Program-made: the position numbers and the translations under genes
Notes under the pieces: model-generated
The model's database searches: none
What the model was told of the DNA's origin: nothing
What the model saw: the letters and a program-made list of their open reading frames with translations, nothing else
DNA from: Bacteroidales bacterium
GTDB lineage: Bacteria > Bacteroidota > Bacteroidia > Bacteroidales > UBA932
Reading direction: 5' to 3'
DNA: 64,000 bases
Assembly (NCBI GenBank): GCA_017962165.1
Contig: JAGCVW010000003.1
Coordinates: 7,065-71,064, forward strand
In this document: positions 38,877-49,303 of the stretch, piece after piece
Position numbering within the stretch: the first letter of the stretch is position 1
How the letters are laid out: every line of letters starts with the position of its first letter

Positions 38877-39668
38877 TTACAGGCCCATGGCCTTGGCTTC
38901 GTCCCAGATCTCGTCCATCTCGGCGAGGGTCATGTCCGTAAGTTTGCGGCCGACCTTCAGGGTCTTTGATTCAAGGTAGTTAAAGCGCCTGCGGAACTTG
39001 CTGCATGCCTTGCTCAGGGCTTCCTCAGGGTCTATTCCGTGGAGCCTGCTGGCGTTGATCACCGCGAACAGCAGATCGCCGAATTCCTCTTCGATGTGGT
39101 CGCGCGCGCCGCCGCCGATGGCGTCGACGACCTCGCCAAGCTCCTCACGGACCTTGTCGATGACCTGCGGCTTCTCCTCCCAGTCGAAGCCGCACCCGCG
39201 CGCCTTTTCCTGCATCGACAGCGCTTTCAGGATGGCCGGCATGGCATCGGGTATTCCGCCCAGGACCGTTTTGTTGCCGCCCTTTTCCTTCGCCTTGACA
39301 AGCTCCCATGTGTCAGCGATTTCCTTTGCGGAGGTAGGCTTTCCGGCCTCGTCGCCGAAGACATGGGGGTGGCGGAAGATCATCTTGTCGCAGATCTTGC
39401 GCAGGCAGTCTGCAATGTCGAAATCGCCCGTTTCCTCGGCTATTCTGGCGTAGAAGACCATGTGGTAGAGAAGGTCTCCTATTTCCTTGGCAGTCCCTTC
39501 GCGGTCGCCCTTTATTATGGCGTCGCTCAGTTCATAGACTTCTTCCTCTGTCATGGGGCGGATTGTCTCCATTGTCTGGGCGGCGTTCCAGGGGCAGTCT
39601 TCCCTGAGCCTGTCCATTATGTCGAGCAATTCCCCGAAAGCGGCAATCTTTTCCTCTCTTGTGTGCAT
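38877..39668 (-). CDS. mazG: nucleoside triphosphate pyrophosphohydrolase
   Basis: LREDCPW, EEVYE, EIGDLL, RHPHVFG, EEEFGDLLF. Confidence 0.93.
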   Translation of the reverse strand: MHTREEKIAAFGELLDIMDRLREDCPWNAAQTMETIRPMTEEEVYELSDAIIKGDREGTAKEIGDLLYHMVFYARIAEETGDFDIADCLRKICDKMIFRHPHVFGDEAGKPTSAKEIADTWELVKAKEKGGNKTVLGGIPDAMPAILKALSMQEKARGCGFDWEEKPQVIDKVREELGEVVDAIGGGARDHIEEEFGDLLFAVINASRLHGIDPEEALSKACSKFRRRFNYLESKTLKVGRKLTDMTLAEMDEIWDEAKAMGL

Positions 39669-39708
39669 GCGCAAAATTTTCTTATCTTTGCAGCGCAAAT
39701 TTACAAAA

Positions 39709-40800
39709 ATGGCACAAAATACACTACTTGAAAAGGTACTCTCACTCCAGGAGAAGTTCGCATCCCTGCAGGAGCAGCTCTCTAGTCCGGAGGCCATGGC
39801 GGACATGAAAAAGTTCGTCCAGCTCAACAAGGACTACAAAGAGCTCGAGCCCATCATCAAGGCCGGTCTTGAGTACAAAAAGACTCTGGACAACCTGGCT
39901 TCGGCAAAAGACATCCTCCTTAACGAGAAGGATGAGGACCTGCGCGAGATGGCCCGCGAGGAAATCGCGGAGCTTGAACCGAAGATCCCCGAGATGGAAG
40001 CGAACATCAAGCTTCTCCTGATTCCGGCGGACCCCGACGACAGCAAGAATGCGATAGTCGAGATCCGCGGCGGCGCAGGCGGCGACGAAGCCGCCATCTT
40101 CGCCGGCGACCTTTTCAGGATGTACCAGCACTTCGCCGAGTCTCGCGGCTGGAAGCTCGAAATCACCGACCAGACCCCCGGAACCTCGGGCGGCTACAAG
40201 CAGATAGTCTTCAAACTCAGTTCCAATTCGGAGGGTGTTTATGGGGTTATGAAATATGAATCGGGAGTCCACCGCGTCCAGCGCGTGCCCCAGACCGAGA
40301 CCCAGGGCCGCATCCAGACCTCGGCAGCGTCAGTTGCCGTGTTCCCGGAAGCGGGCGAGTTCGACGTGGACCTCAGGTGGGAAGACATCAGGCTCGACCT
40401 CTTCTGCGCATCGGGCCCCGGCGGCCAGGGCGTGAATACGACCTACTCGGCCGTGCGCCTGACCCATATCCCTTCGGGACTGGTCGTCCAGTGCCAGGAA
40501 GAGCGCTCGCAGATAAAGAACAAGGAGAGGGCCTTCGAAGAGCTGCGCTCGCGTCTTTACAACCTCGAGCACCAGAAGTATCTCGACGAGATCGCCTCTA
40601 AGCGCAAGACTATGGTCTCGACGGGCGATCGCAGCGCGAAGATCCGCACCTACAACTATCCCCAGGGCCGAGTTACCGACCACCGCATCAACTGGAGCAT
40701 GTACAACCTCCCCGCCTTTATGGACGGAGATATCAAGGAGTGCATCGATCAGCTCCAGATAGCTGAAAATGCGGAAAGGTTGAAGGAAGCGGGCGATTAA
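39709..40800 (+). CDS. prfA: peptide chain release factor 1
   Basis: ESGVHRVQRVPQTE (PxT), GPGGQ, IRTYNYPQ. Confidence 0.97.
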   Translation: MAQNTLLEKVLSLQEKFASLQEQLSSPEAMADMKKFVQLNKDYKELEPIIKAGLEYKKTLDNLASAKDILLNEKDEDLREMAREEIAELEPKIPEMEANIKLLLIPADPDDSKNAIVEIRGGAGGDEAAIFAGDLFRMYQHFAESRGWKLEITDQTPGTSGGYKQIVFKLSSNSEGVYGVMKYESGVHRVQRVPQTETQGRIQTSAASVAVFPEAGEFDVDLRWEDIRLDLFCASGPGGQGVNTTYSAVRLTHIPSGLVVQCQEERSQIKNKERAFEELRSRLYNLEHQKYLDEIASKRKTMVSTGDRSAKIRTYNYPQGRVTDHRINWSMYNLPAFMDGDIKECIDQLQIAENAERLKEAGD

Positions 40801-41669
40801 AGAGCCACCATCTTATCGACAACCAGCTGTACAAGCTGCGCGATGCGCGGCTTGTAGTCTGTATTGGCGTCCTTGAGATAGCGGTGGGCGATGGCGCAGC
40901 AGACGGTGACGGCTTCATGGCCAAGCTGGGCGGCCATTCCGGCGAGGGCCGAGCCCTCCATCTCGAAGTTGGTGATCTTCCAGTCTCCGAACCTCCATGA
41001 CTCGATGTCCTCGAGCATGTTCGGCATGGCGAGTTGCTGCCTGACCACGCGTCCCTGGGGGCCGTAAAATCCCGGTGCGGCGATTGTCATTCCACGTACG
41101 GTGCTGTCCGCGAAATGGTCTATCATCTTCTGCGAAGCATGGACGAAGTAGGGAACGGGAAGGCCATAGGCCCAGCCGACATGCTTCATGAACGACTGCT
41201 CCATCTCGACGTTTGTGATGCGTTCGCGGCCGGCGTACCAGTTCATCAAGCCATCGAAGCCCACTGAATAATGCGACAGTATGAACGATCCGAGCGGAAT
41301 GTCGGGCTGGATGGCGCCGCAGGTACCGAGGCGCACGATGTGGAGCGTTTTGTGTTCGGGCTTCACCTCGCGGGTCTTGAAGTCGACGTTTGCCAGGGCG
41401 TCGAGCTCGGTCATCACTATGTCTATGTTGTCCGGGCCTATGCCGTGGGAGAGGACAGTCAGGCGGACTCCCTTCTTAAGTCCTGTCACCCAGGCGAATT
41501 CGCGCGACTGGCCCTCGCATTCGATGCTGTCCAGCAGGGGCTTGAACATGGCTACGCGGCCGGGATCTCCGACGAGGATAACTCGGTCTGCAAGCTGGTC
41601 GGGACGGATGTGGATGTGGAATACTGATCCGTCGCCGTTGATGATGAGTTCCGATTCGGGAATTTTCAT
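40797..41669 (-). CDS. nucleoside phosphorylase (uridine phosphorylase-like)
   Basis: GDPGRV, RLGTCG, GFYGPQGR, NFEME. Confidence 0.9.
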   Translation of the reverse strand: MKIPESELIINGDGSVFHIHIRPDQLADRVILVGDPGRVAMFKPLLDSIECEGQSREFAWVTGLKKGVRLTVLSHGIGPDNIDIVMTELDALANVDFKTREVKPEHKTLHIVRLGTCGAIQPDIPLGSFILSHYSVGFDGLMNWYAGRERITNVEMEQSFMKHVGWAYGLPVPYFVHASQKMIDHFADSTVRGMTIAAPGFYGPQGRVVRQQLAMPNMLEDIESWRFGDWKITNFEMEGSALAGMAAQLGHEAVTVCCAIAHRYLKDANTDYKPRIAQLVQLVVDKMVAL

Positions 41670-41677
41670 ATGCTGTA

Positions 41678-42100
41678 TTATTTAGTTTTTCGTTTTGCGG
41701 AGCGCAGGCGCGAGGAACTCCTGACAAGCAGTTCGTCGGCGTACACGCCGCGCATGGCCATGATATTGGAGATGAGCGCCAGCAGCGGGAACACTGCGGT
41801 CCAGCGTACCACGTATGCGTCCGGAAGGCGGAAATAGCCCACGGCGAGCCAGACCTGGAGCGCGAGGAGAACTACAGCGGCGGCGCCGCCAAGCCGGATC
41901 TGGAGGCTGCGGCGGCCCCATGCGAACAGCGCGACGAGCGCGCAGGCGAGGGCGAGCCCGGCAAGTACTGCATACGGGAGGTATTCGGCATAGCGGACAG
42001 CGTCTTCCGAGCCCGGAACGCGGGCGAAATCACAGAAAAGCAGCGCTGCCATGAGTCCGGCTGTGATTGCGAAATACAGTGTCTGTACCCTTTGCCACAT
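41678..42100 (-). CDS. DUF4293 family membrane protein
   Basis: MWQRVQTLY…DELLVRSSSRLR, 4 TMs. Confidence 0.8.
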   Translation of the reverse strand: MWQRVQTLYFAITAGLMAALLFCDFARVPGSEDAVRYAEYLPYAVLAGLALACALVALFAWGRRSLQIRLGGAAAVVLLALQVWLAVGYFRLPDAYVVRWTAVFPLLALISNIMAMRGVYADELLVRSSSRLRSAKRKTK

Positions 42101-42105
42101 ATGCT

Positions 42106-42996
42106 CTATTCTCCTCTTGAATTGAAACGTGCGAGGACATTGTCCTCATAAGTCTTGGATACGGGGATGGGCTCGATTCCTCCCAGCCCGAGTTCGATGG
42201 CGAAGCCGTCTTTTGTGCGGCTTATCATCTCCACCTTGTCGAAATTGACAATGTACTTGCGGTGGCAGCGGACCAGGACGCTCCCCGTGAAACTCTCCTC
42301 GACCGTCTTGAGGCGGCAGCGCAGCATGTACTGCTTGAGGGTCCCTTCGGAATCCTGATACCATACCTTGATGTAGTTGTCGTCGGCTTCGATATAATAA
42401 AGGTTCGACAGGCTGACGACGAGTTTAAGCGCACCGGAATTGTCGAAAAGGGTGATCTTTTCATCCCTTGTCAGCGACGGGGCTTCGTCTGTAGTGATTG
42501 CGCCGAAACTCATCAGCCTGATGGTGTTGTTCTTGTCTTCGATTGCGAAGAAGAACGCGCTCAGAAGATAGGGGACGCCAAGACTGATCAGGCAGAAGCC
42601 CATAGCCGAGATGAAGATCTTAAGGAAAGTGATGTCTTCGGGATGGGAGATCACTCCGGCAGCGATTCCGTTGATCGAGAACGCCGCATAGGCCAGAGAA
42701 ATCAGCACGGCCTCTCCCAGACACCACATGACGTAGTCGAAGAAGATCAGGGTGTGTTTCCTGGCAACCGCGTACATGGTCATCTTCGAAAGGGCGAGGA
42801 TGACGATCACCAGGCTCATGAACACTATCGTCAGCAGGGAAGTCTTGGAGGCCAGGCCGAGGGTGAACCACACGAAGCGCAGGTACGGCGAGATAAGCAG
42901 GATGAAGACCAGCGAGAACAGGGTTGTGAAGACGACGGTCGAAGCCAGCTGGTGGCTTCCTGTAAGGTAATCCGGTATTTTGTCGCTTGCTGCCAT
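42106..42996 (-). CDS. membrane-bound LytTR family regulator
   Basis: 4 TMs then YIEADDNY, RCHRKYIVN, IPVSKTY. Confidence 0.88.
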   Translation of the reverse strand: MAASDKIPDYLTGSHQLASTVVFTTLFSLVFILLISPYLRFVWFTLGLASKTSLLTIVFMSLVIVILALSKMTMYAVARKHTLIFFDYVMWCLGEAVLISLAYAAFSINGIAAGVISHPEDITFLKIFISAMGFCLISLGVPYLLSAFFFAIEDKNNTIRLMSFGAITTDEAPSLTRDEKITLFDNSGALKLVVSLSNLYYIEADDNYIKVWYQDSEGTLKQYMLRCRLKTVEESFTGSVLVRCHRKYIVNFDKVEMISRTKDGFAIELGLGGIEPIPVSKTYEDNVLARFNSRGE

Positions 42997-43023
42997 ATCC
43001 ACGCAAATATAGCAAAAATCGGG

Positions 43024-43557
43024 CTAACTCGCTATTTTGTCGGGGGAGGAGATTATTCTGAGTATGCTCATCGAGCCGGCGGCCGGGCTTTCCTGACTGT
43101 CGACGCTCCTGGCCGAAAGAAGGCCGCTGCGCTTCATGTGGGCTGACAGAGAGGAATGGTCCAGCCCCATGGACTTGAGGTAGCCGAGTCCGACGCTGCC
43201 CGAGGAACCGGCGATGGCAAGCAGGAGGTGAGTCGCAAATATCTTGTCCGCTCCGGCCATGGTGGCTTCTATTATGCAAAGGTTGAGGGTGTTCTGCGCG
43301 CTGCGCGAAAAGCTAAGCTTGTCGGCCTCGCCGTAGGCTATGCCGGACGGGCGGAAAAGACTGCCCTCCACGGTGGATTTAAGCTCGGCCAGATCCACAC
43401 CCAGGGCCTTCAGGGTGGCGCATGCGTCGTTGTCGGCGTGGCGCAGAATCCCGAGCAGGAGATGGTCGGTGGAGATAGAGTAGTCACCGGTACGCATCGC
43501 TTCGTCGCGGGCGTAGGAGATTATCTTCAAAAGCTCTTGTGAGACCTGGGTTTGCAT
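43024..43557 (-). CDS. stand-alone Clp N-terminal (repeat) domain protein
   Basis: YARDEAMR…TDHLLLGIL and ATHLLLAI repeats; 177 aa; no AAA domain. Confidence 0.8.
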   Translation of the reverse strand: MQTQVSQELLKIISYARDEAMRTGDYSISTDHLLLGILRHADNDACATLKALGVDLAELKSTVEGSLFRPSGIAYGEADKLSFSRSAQNTLNLCIIEATMAGADKIFATHLLLAIAGSSGSVGLGYLKSMGLDHSSLSAHMKRSGLLSARSVDSQESPAAGSMSILRIISSPDKIAS

Positions 43558-43660
43558 ACGTAACAAAATTAGGAAAATTAGGTTGTTTTCACCAAGATTT
43601 TTTGCTAAATTTGTATGTTTATACAAAACCCTGAAAATTTGAAGTTTTTTTAGAGACAAT

Positions 43661-46174
43661 ATGGAGAACGGAGAAGTAGAAAAAGTACACGGAATAATAG
43701 AGCCGGTGGAGATCGACCACGAAATGCGGACCGCCTATATCGACTACTCGATGTCGGTCATCGTCTCCCGCGCCCTTCCGGACGCCCGCGACGGCCTTAA
43801 ACCCGTCCAGCGCCGCGTCCTGTTCGGCATGGACGGTCTCGGCCTTTCATACAGCGGCCAGACTAAGAAGTCGGCCCGTATCGTCGGCGAGGTCCTCGGT
43901 AAGTTCCACCCCCACGGCGACAGCAGCGTCTACGACGCCATGGCCCGCCTCGCCCAGCCCTGGAACCAGCGCTACCCGCTGGTGTGGGGTCAGGGCAACT
44001 TCGGCTCCATGGACGGAGACCCCGTCGCCGCCATGCGTTACACCGAAGCGAAGCTGGACAAGATGGCCGAGGATGTCCTCGGAGACCTGGATAAGGATAC
44101 GGTCGATTTTACCCTCAATTTCGACGACACCATCATGGAGCCGACGGTCCTGCCTACCAAGGCGCCGTTGCTCCTGCTCAACGGCTCGGCCGGTATCGCA
44201 GTCGGTATGGCAACCAACATGGCCCCGCATAACCTTGCGGAGTGCTGCGACGCTATCTGCGCCTATATAGACAACCCCGATATCGACGTAGAGGGCCTGA
44301 TGGAGCACATCAAGGGCCCCGATTTCCCGACGGGAGGTATCGTCATGGGCCGCCAGGGAATCGTGGACGCCTATACTACCGGCCGCGGCAGGGTGGTCCT
44401 GCGCGCAAAGGCCGAGATTGAGGAGGACGACCGCGGCCACCAGGTCATAGTCGTGACCGAGATCCCCTACATGGTCAACAAGGCGGAGATGATCGCCAGG
44501 ATAGGAGAGATGATCCGCGACAAGAAAATAGAAGGCATCTCCGATATCAGGGAGCTCACCAGCAGGGAGGGCATCAGGATCGAGTTCATAGTCAAGAAAG
44601 ACGCGAACGCGAACGTGGTGCTCAACACCCTCTATAAGTACACCGCCCTGCAGTCAAGCTTCGCCTTCAACAACGTTGCTCTTGTGGGCGGCCGCCCGAG
44701 GACCCTGTCCCTAAAGGACATGCTCAAGGTCTTCGTAGACTTCCGCCACGAAGTCGTGGTGCGCAGGACGCGCTTCGAGCTCGACAAGGCCAAAAAGAGG
44801 GCCCACCTCGTGGAGGGTCTCCTGAAGGCCATCGACGTAATCGACGACATCGTCCAGATAATCAAGCATTCGAAGAGTGTAGACGAAGCGAAGGCGGAAC
44901 TCATCGCCCGCTTCGGCTTCTCCGAGGAGCAGGCTGCGGCTATCGTCGACATGCGCCTGCGTCAGCTCACCGGCCTCGAGAAAGAGAAGCTCCAGGACGA
45001 ATACAACAAACTCGTCGAGTTCATCGCCGAGTGCGAAAGGATCCTGGGCAGCGAGGAACTCCAGCTCGGTATCGTCAAAGCCGAGTCCCAGGCACTCAAG
45101 GAGAAGTACGGAGATCCCCGCAGGACAGAGATTACACTAAGTTCCGAGGAATTCAATCCGGAGGATTTCTATGCCGACGAAGACGTCGTCATTACGATCT
45201 CCCACTTCGGCTACATCAAGCGCACCTCGCTTACCGAGTTCCACGTCCAGTCCCGCGGCGGCGTAGGAAAGAAAGCCAGCGCGACCCGCGACGAAGACTT
45301 CATCGAACACATCTACGTCGCGAACATGCACAGCACGATGCTGTTCTTTACCGAGAAGGGTATCTGCTACAGGCTCAAGGTCTACGAGATTCCGGAAGGA
45401 ACCAGGACCTCCAAGGGCCGTGCGGTCCAGAACCTGCTTGCAATCGACCAGGACGACAAGATCAAGACTTACCTGAATGCCGCCAAGATCGAGAGCAGGG
45501 AGTATACGGACGCTCATTTCGTGGTCCTCATCACCCGTCAGGGCATCATCAAGAGGACCTGCCTGACCGAGTATGCGAATGCCCGCAGCCGCAACAAAGG
45601 CCTTATCGCCATCAACTTCAAGGAAGGAGACGGCCTGCTGGACGCCCTGCTTACAAACGGTACCGAGGAGATTATGATCGCGGGCCGCGCAGGTTACTGC
45701 GTGCGCTTCGACGAAGACGACGCGAGAACCCTCGGAAGGGCCTCCATGGGCGTACGTGGCATCAATCTTGCGGAAGACGATGTAGTGGTCGGCGCCATCA
45801 GCCGCAATCCGTCGGCGGAAGACGCGCAGAATCACACCGTGCTGGTTGTCAGTGAAAACGGTTTCGGAAAACGTTCGTACGGCGATGATTACCGCCATAC
45901 AAACAGAGGCGCGAAGGGAGTCAGGACCCTCAATATTACCGAGAAGACCGGGGCCCTCGTAGCGATCAAGAACGTGACCGAAGACAACGATCTGATGATC
46001 ATCACAAAATCGGGCCTTACCATCAGGATGGCGGTGACAGACATCAGGCTTTGCGGCCGTGCGACCCAGGGCGTCAAACTCATCAACATCCGCGAAGGAG
46101 ACAGCATAGCGGCGGTGTCGGTGGTGGCCCACGAAGAAGAAGAGGAAGAACAGCCTCAGGCAGTTGAAGAATAA
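43661..46174 (+). CDS. gyrA: DNA gyrase subunit A
   Basis: [18 protein letters not shown], GyrA box QSRGGVG. Confidence 0.97.
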   Translation: MENGEVEKVHGIIEPVEIDHEMRTAYIDYSMSVIVSRALPDARDGLKPVQRRVLFGMDGLGLSYSGQTKKSARIVGEVLGKFHPHGDSSVYDAMARLAQPWNQRYPLVWGQGNFGSMDGDPVAAMRYTEAKLDKMAEDVLGDLDKDTVDFTLNFDDTIMEPTVLPTKAPLLLLNGSAGIAVGMATNMAPHNLAECCDAICAYIDNPDIDVEGLMEHIKGPDFPTGGIVMGRQGIVDAYTTGRGRVVLRAKAEIEEDDRGHQVIVVTEIPYMVNKAEMIARIGEMIRDKKIEGISDIRELTSREGIRIEFIVKKDANANVVLNTLYKYTALQSSFAFNNVALVGGRPRTLSLKDMLKVFVDFRHEVVVRRTRFELDKAKKRAHLVEGLLKAIDVIDDIVQIIKHSKSVDEAKAELIARFGFSEEQAAAIVDMRLRQLTGLEKEKLQDEYNKLVEFIAECERILGSEELQLGIVKAESQALKEKYGDPRRTEITLSSEEFNPEDFYADEDVVITISHFGYIKRTSLTEFHVQSRGGVGKKASATRDEDFIEHIYVANMHSTMLFFTEKGICYRLKVYEIPEGTRTSKGRAVQNLLAIDQDDKIKTYLNAAKIESREYTDAHFVVLITRQGIIKRTCLTEYANARSRNKGLIAINFKEGDGLLDALLTNGTEEIMIAGRAGYCVRFDEDDARTLGRASMGVRGINLAEDDVVVGAISRNPSAEDAQNHTVLVVSENGFGKRSYGDDYRHTNRGAKGVRTLNITEKTGALVAIKNVTEDNDLMIITKSGLTIRMAVTDIRLCGRATQGVKLINIREGDSIAAVSVVAHEEEEEEQPQAVEE

Positions 46175-46197
46175 CAACACTAAAAAAATAAACGATT

Positions 46198-47523
46198 ATG
46201 AAACGAATCTTTTTAGCTCTCGCACTCCTTGCCTCGCTGCAGGTGGCTTCAGCCCAGCAGCAGGTGAAGTCGGTCTCGGCTGCCCAGAAAGCCGCTGAGA
46301 AGGCTATCGCCGCATCCCAGGATGCGAAGAAGAGCGCAAAGCTCCCTACCTGGATTACTCTCGGAAAGGCTTACATAGACGCCTACAACGCCCCTACCGG
46401 AAACGGCTGGATCGGCGCATCGAGGGCTGACCTTGCACTGCTTCTCGCAGACGACAAACCTCTGTCAGTCGAGAACGTCGAGGTGGGCGGCCAGCAGATG
46501 CTCAAGGAAACCTACGCAACCCGTGATTACTATTACAACGGAGCGGACATCCTTCAGCTCATCGTCATCACAAAACCCATCTACGAAGACGCACTCGAGA
46601 AGGGCGCCGAGGCTTTTGCCAAGGCCTATGAGCTCGATGTGAAGGGCAAGAAGACGAAGGACATCACCGAAGGTCTGCGCACCATCGAGGGAAAACTTGT
46701 CGACGAGGCTTACAACGCCTACACTTTCGGCAACCTTGAGAAAGCTTCCTATTACTTCGAGAAGGCCTCCGAGGTCTCTATGCAGGAGCCTTACGCAGTG
46801 ATTGACACCAGCGCCATCTACAACACCGGACTTACAGCCTGGATGCTCGGCCAGAACGACAGGGCGAAGAAATTCCTCGAGAAGAGCATCGCCGTCGGCT
46901 ACGCCGGAGAAGACGGAGACGCATATGCAAAGCTTGCCGATATCGCCGACAAGGAAGGCAACCAGGAGCAGCGTCAGGCTTACCTTGAGGAAGCCTTCAT
47001 GAAGTATCCCCAGAGCCAGAGCATTCTGGTCGGCCTTATCAACTTCTACCTCACTTCAGGTGGAAATACCGACCGTCTGTTCGAACTTATCGAAGCGGCA
47101 AAGGCCAACGAGCCCGAGAACGCATCCCTCTACTATGTCGAAGGCAATATCTACCTCCAGCTTGAAGATGTCGAGAATGCGCTCAAGGCTTACAGGCAGT
47201 GCGCTGAAATCAACCCCGAGTACGAATTCGGCTTCATCGGAGAAGGCCAGTACTGGTACAACAGAGCCGTCGACCTGCAGGATGCAGCCGCGGCCGAAAT
47301 GGACTACAAGAAGTACGACAAGATCATGGCAGAGTTTGAGCAGGCCCTTAAGAACTGCGTAGAGCCGTTCGAGAAGGCTTACGACGTTACCAAGGACGAC
47401 AACATCAAGGTGGCCGTCTGCGAGTATCTCAAGAACGCCTGCTACCGCTTCAGCTACGACGATCCTGTCTACAAGGAAAAGTACGAGAAATACGACGCAA
47501 TCGTCAAGGCTGCAAGGCAGTAA
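46198..47523 (+). CDS. exported tetratricopeptide repeat protein
   Basis: Signal peptide, helical TPR-like repeats; follows gyrA. Confidence 0.8.
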   Translation: MKRIFLALALLASLQVASAQQQVKSVSAAQKAAEKAIAASQDAKKSAKLPTWITLGKAYIDAYNAPTGNGWIGASRADLALLLADDKPLSVENVEVGGQQMLKETYATRDYYYNGADILQLIVITKPIYEDALEKGAEAFAKAYELDVKGKKTKDITEGLRTIEGKLVDEAYNAYTFGNLEKASYYFEKASEVSMQEPYAVIDTSAIYNTGLTAWMLGQNDRAKKFLEKSIAVGYAGEDGDAYAKLADIADKEGNQEQRQAYLEEAFMKYPQSQSILVGLINFYLTSGGNTDRLFELIEAAKANEPENASLYYVEGNIYLQLEDVENALKAYRQCAEINPEYEFGFIGEGQYWYNRAVDLQDAAAAEMDYKKYDKIMAEFEQALKNCVEPFEKAYDVTKDDNIKVAVCEYLKNACYRFSYDDPVYKEKYEKYDAIVKAARQ

Positions 47524-48436
47524 CGATTTTTCCGACCAAAGGGTGTCGCACTATATCTTCGTTTCCGAAGGTGATGGTTGCGACACCTTTTATTTTTGAG
47601 AGTTTCTCAACGGCCTTCTCAAGTCCGCTGTCTTCGCGGTTGGGGAGGTCGATTTGCGATGTGTCGCCGGTGACGATGAACTTGGCCTCGCAGCCCATGC
47701 GTGTGAGGAACATCTTCAGCTGGCCCATGTTGGTGTTCTGGGCTTCATCGAGTATGACGCAGGCTCTGTCCAGGGTGCGGCCGCGCATGTATGCAAGAGG
47801 CGCTATCTGAATAGTTCCGTCCAGCATGAATTCCTGGAGCTTCTTCGGGGGAATCATGTCTCCGAGGGCATCGTAAAGGGGCTGCAGGTACGGGTCGAGT
47901 TTCTCCTTGAGGTCTCCCGGGAGAAAGCCCAGCCTTTCGCCTGCTTCCACCGCGGGACGGGTGAGGATGATTCGCCTGATCTCGCGGTTTTTCAGCGCGC
48001 GCACCGCCAGGGCTATCGCTATGTAGGTCTTGCCCGTTCCGGCGGGGCCGAGGGCGAAGATAAGGTCGTTTTCGAAGTAGGCCTTCACCAACTCCTGCTG
48101 GCGGGCGTTGCGCGCCCGTATCGGCTTGCCTTCGGTGTTATGGACTATGATTGCTTCTCCGCTGAGCTTGAAACTTTCCGGGGAGGTCTCGCCGTCGAAG
48201 ATGTCTTCCACGTCATAGACCGTGAGGTTCATCTTGCGGTGGCGCTTTTCGATCAGGGCTCCGAGTTTCTGGCTGAATTCTTCTATGTCGGCAGGTTTGC
48301 CGTCGAGGATCAGTTCGTCGCCTCTTGCGACTACTTTAAGGGAGGGAAAATATGAGCAGAATTCTTCCAGGATTTTGTTTCCGACGCCGTAGAGTCCGAC
48401 TGGATCGACGCCTTCGAGCTTGATCGTTTTCTTCAT
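47504..48436 (-). CDS. phoH: PhoH family protein
   Basis: GPAGTGKTY, RPAVEAGERLGFLPG, YMRGRTL, DEAQN. Confidence 0.93.
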   Translation of the reverse strand: MKKTIKLEGVDPVGLYGVGNKILEEFCSYFPSLKVVARGDELILDGKPADIEEFSQKLGALIEKRHRKMNLTVYDVEDIFDGETSPESFKLSGEAIIVHNTEGKPIRARNARQQELVKAYFENDLIFALGPAGTGKTYIAIALAVRALKNREIRRIILTRPAVEAGERLGFLPGDLKEKLDPYLQPLYDALGDMIPPKKLQEFMLDGTIQIAPLAYMRGRTLDRACVILDEAQNTNMGQLKMFLTRMGCEAKFIVTGDTSQIDLPNREDSGLEKAVEKLSKIKGVATITFGNEDIVRHPLVGKIVTALQP

Positions 48437-48514
48437 ACTACAAATATATGTATTTTATTTTGTCGGAGAACTTGTTAAATTTGTAGGTTGTAGAAAATCA
48501 TAACAATTATCGAT

Positions 48515-49303
48515 ATGAAAAAGATTACATTCATTGCCCTGATCGCAGTGCTCGCCGTTGGCGTTTCTAGCTGCGACTTCGTACGTTCAATCGCCGGCCG
48601 TCCTACTTCCGACGAACTGGGAGCTGGTGTCGCCGCTCCAGGCGAGACCATGCAGTACGAGCTGCTGGACACTACCGTTGCCGCTGCCTGTGCTTGCGAC
48701 AGCCTTTGCTGCGCGGACTCTCTGTGCTGCAAGGAAAACTGCTGCACTGCCGAAGGCGCCTGCTGCTGCAAAGGTGGCGAGTGCTGTAAGGAATACTGCT
48801 GCTGCAAAGGCGGCGAGTGCTGTAAGGAAAACTGCTGCTGCAAGGCCGAGGCCTGCGGCGAATGCCCCAAGGAGGACAAGTGCGGCGAGTGCAAGAAGGC
48901 TGAAGAGTGCGGCGAATGCGCCGAGGCTCCGAAGTGCGAAGCCGTCCAGGAATGCAACAAGTGCGAGGAAACACCTGCACCTGTGGCCAAGCCCGCCCCC
49001 GCCCCCAAGGCAAAGAAGGCTCCCGCAGCCCGCATCTTCCGCGGACCCGTCTGCAAGAAGGCCGCTCTCGAGAACAAGTACTATGTGGTGATCGGAACCT
49101 TCAAGGTGGAGGCCAACGCATGTGCGCAGGCAAAACGCGCCGAGAAGGCCGGCTACAAGGTGGTGACCATCCCCTTCACAAATTGCCTCACCGCAGTTAC
49201 AGTAGCCCCTACTGACGACAAGGCAGAAGCCCTCAAGTCGCTCGAGCAGGTCAAGACGAAGAAGTTCTGCCCTGCAGACGCATACGTTCTCGTAGTTAAA
49301 TAA
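48515..49303 (+). CDS. SPOR-domain lipoprotein with cysteine-rich insert
   Basis: Lipobox VSSC; 30 Cys in residues 59-150; PA/K linker; C-terminal YYVVIGTFKVEANA…GY SPOR-like domain. Confidence 0.8.
   Translation: MKKITFIALIAVLAVGVSSCDFVRSIAGRPTSDELGAGVAAPGETMQYELLDTTVAAACACDSLCCADSLCCKENCCTAEGACCCKGGECCKEYCCCKGGECCKENCCCKAEACGECPKEDKCGECKKAEECGECAEAPKCEAVQECNKCEETPAPVAKPAPAPKAKKAPAARIFRGPVCKKAALENKYYVVIGTFKVEANACAQAKRAEKAGYKVVTIPFTNCLTAVTVAPTDDKAEALKSLEQVKTKKFCPADAYVLVVK
48761..48934 (+). repeat. coding tandem repeats (36-bp x2+, 27-bp x3)
   Basis: tgctgctgcaaagg(t/c)ggcgagtgctgtaaggaa(t/a)ac at 48761 and 48797; tgcggcga(a/g)tgc units at 48854, 48881, 48908. Confidence 0.9.

Noticed and set aside
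43661-46174. ParC identity or quinolone-resistance allele
   Set aside because: GyrA box is present and the QRDR reads wild-type-like GDSSVYD
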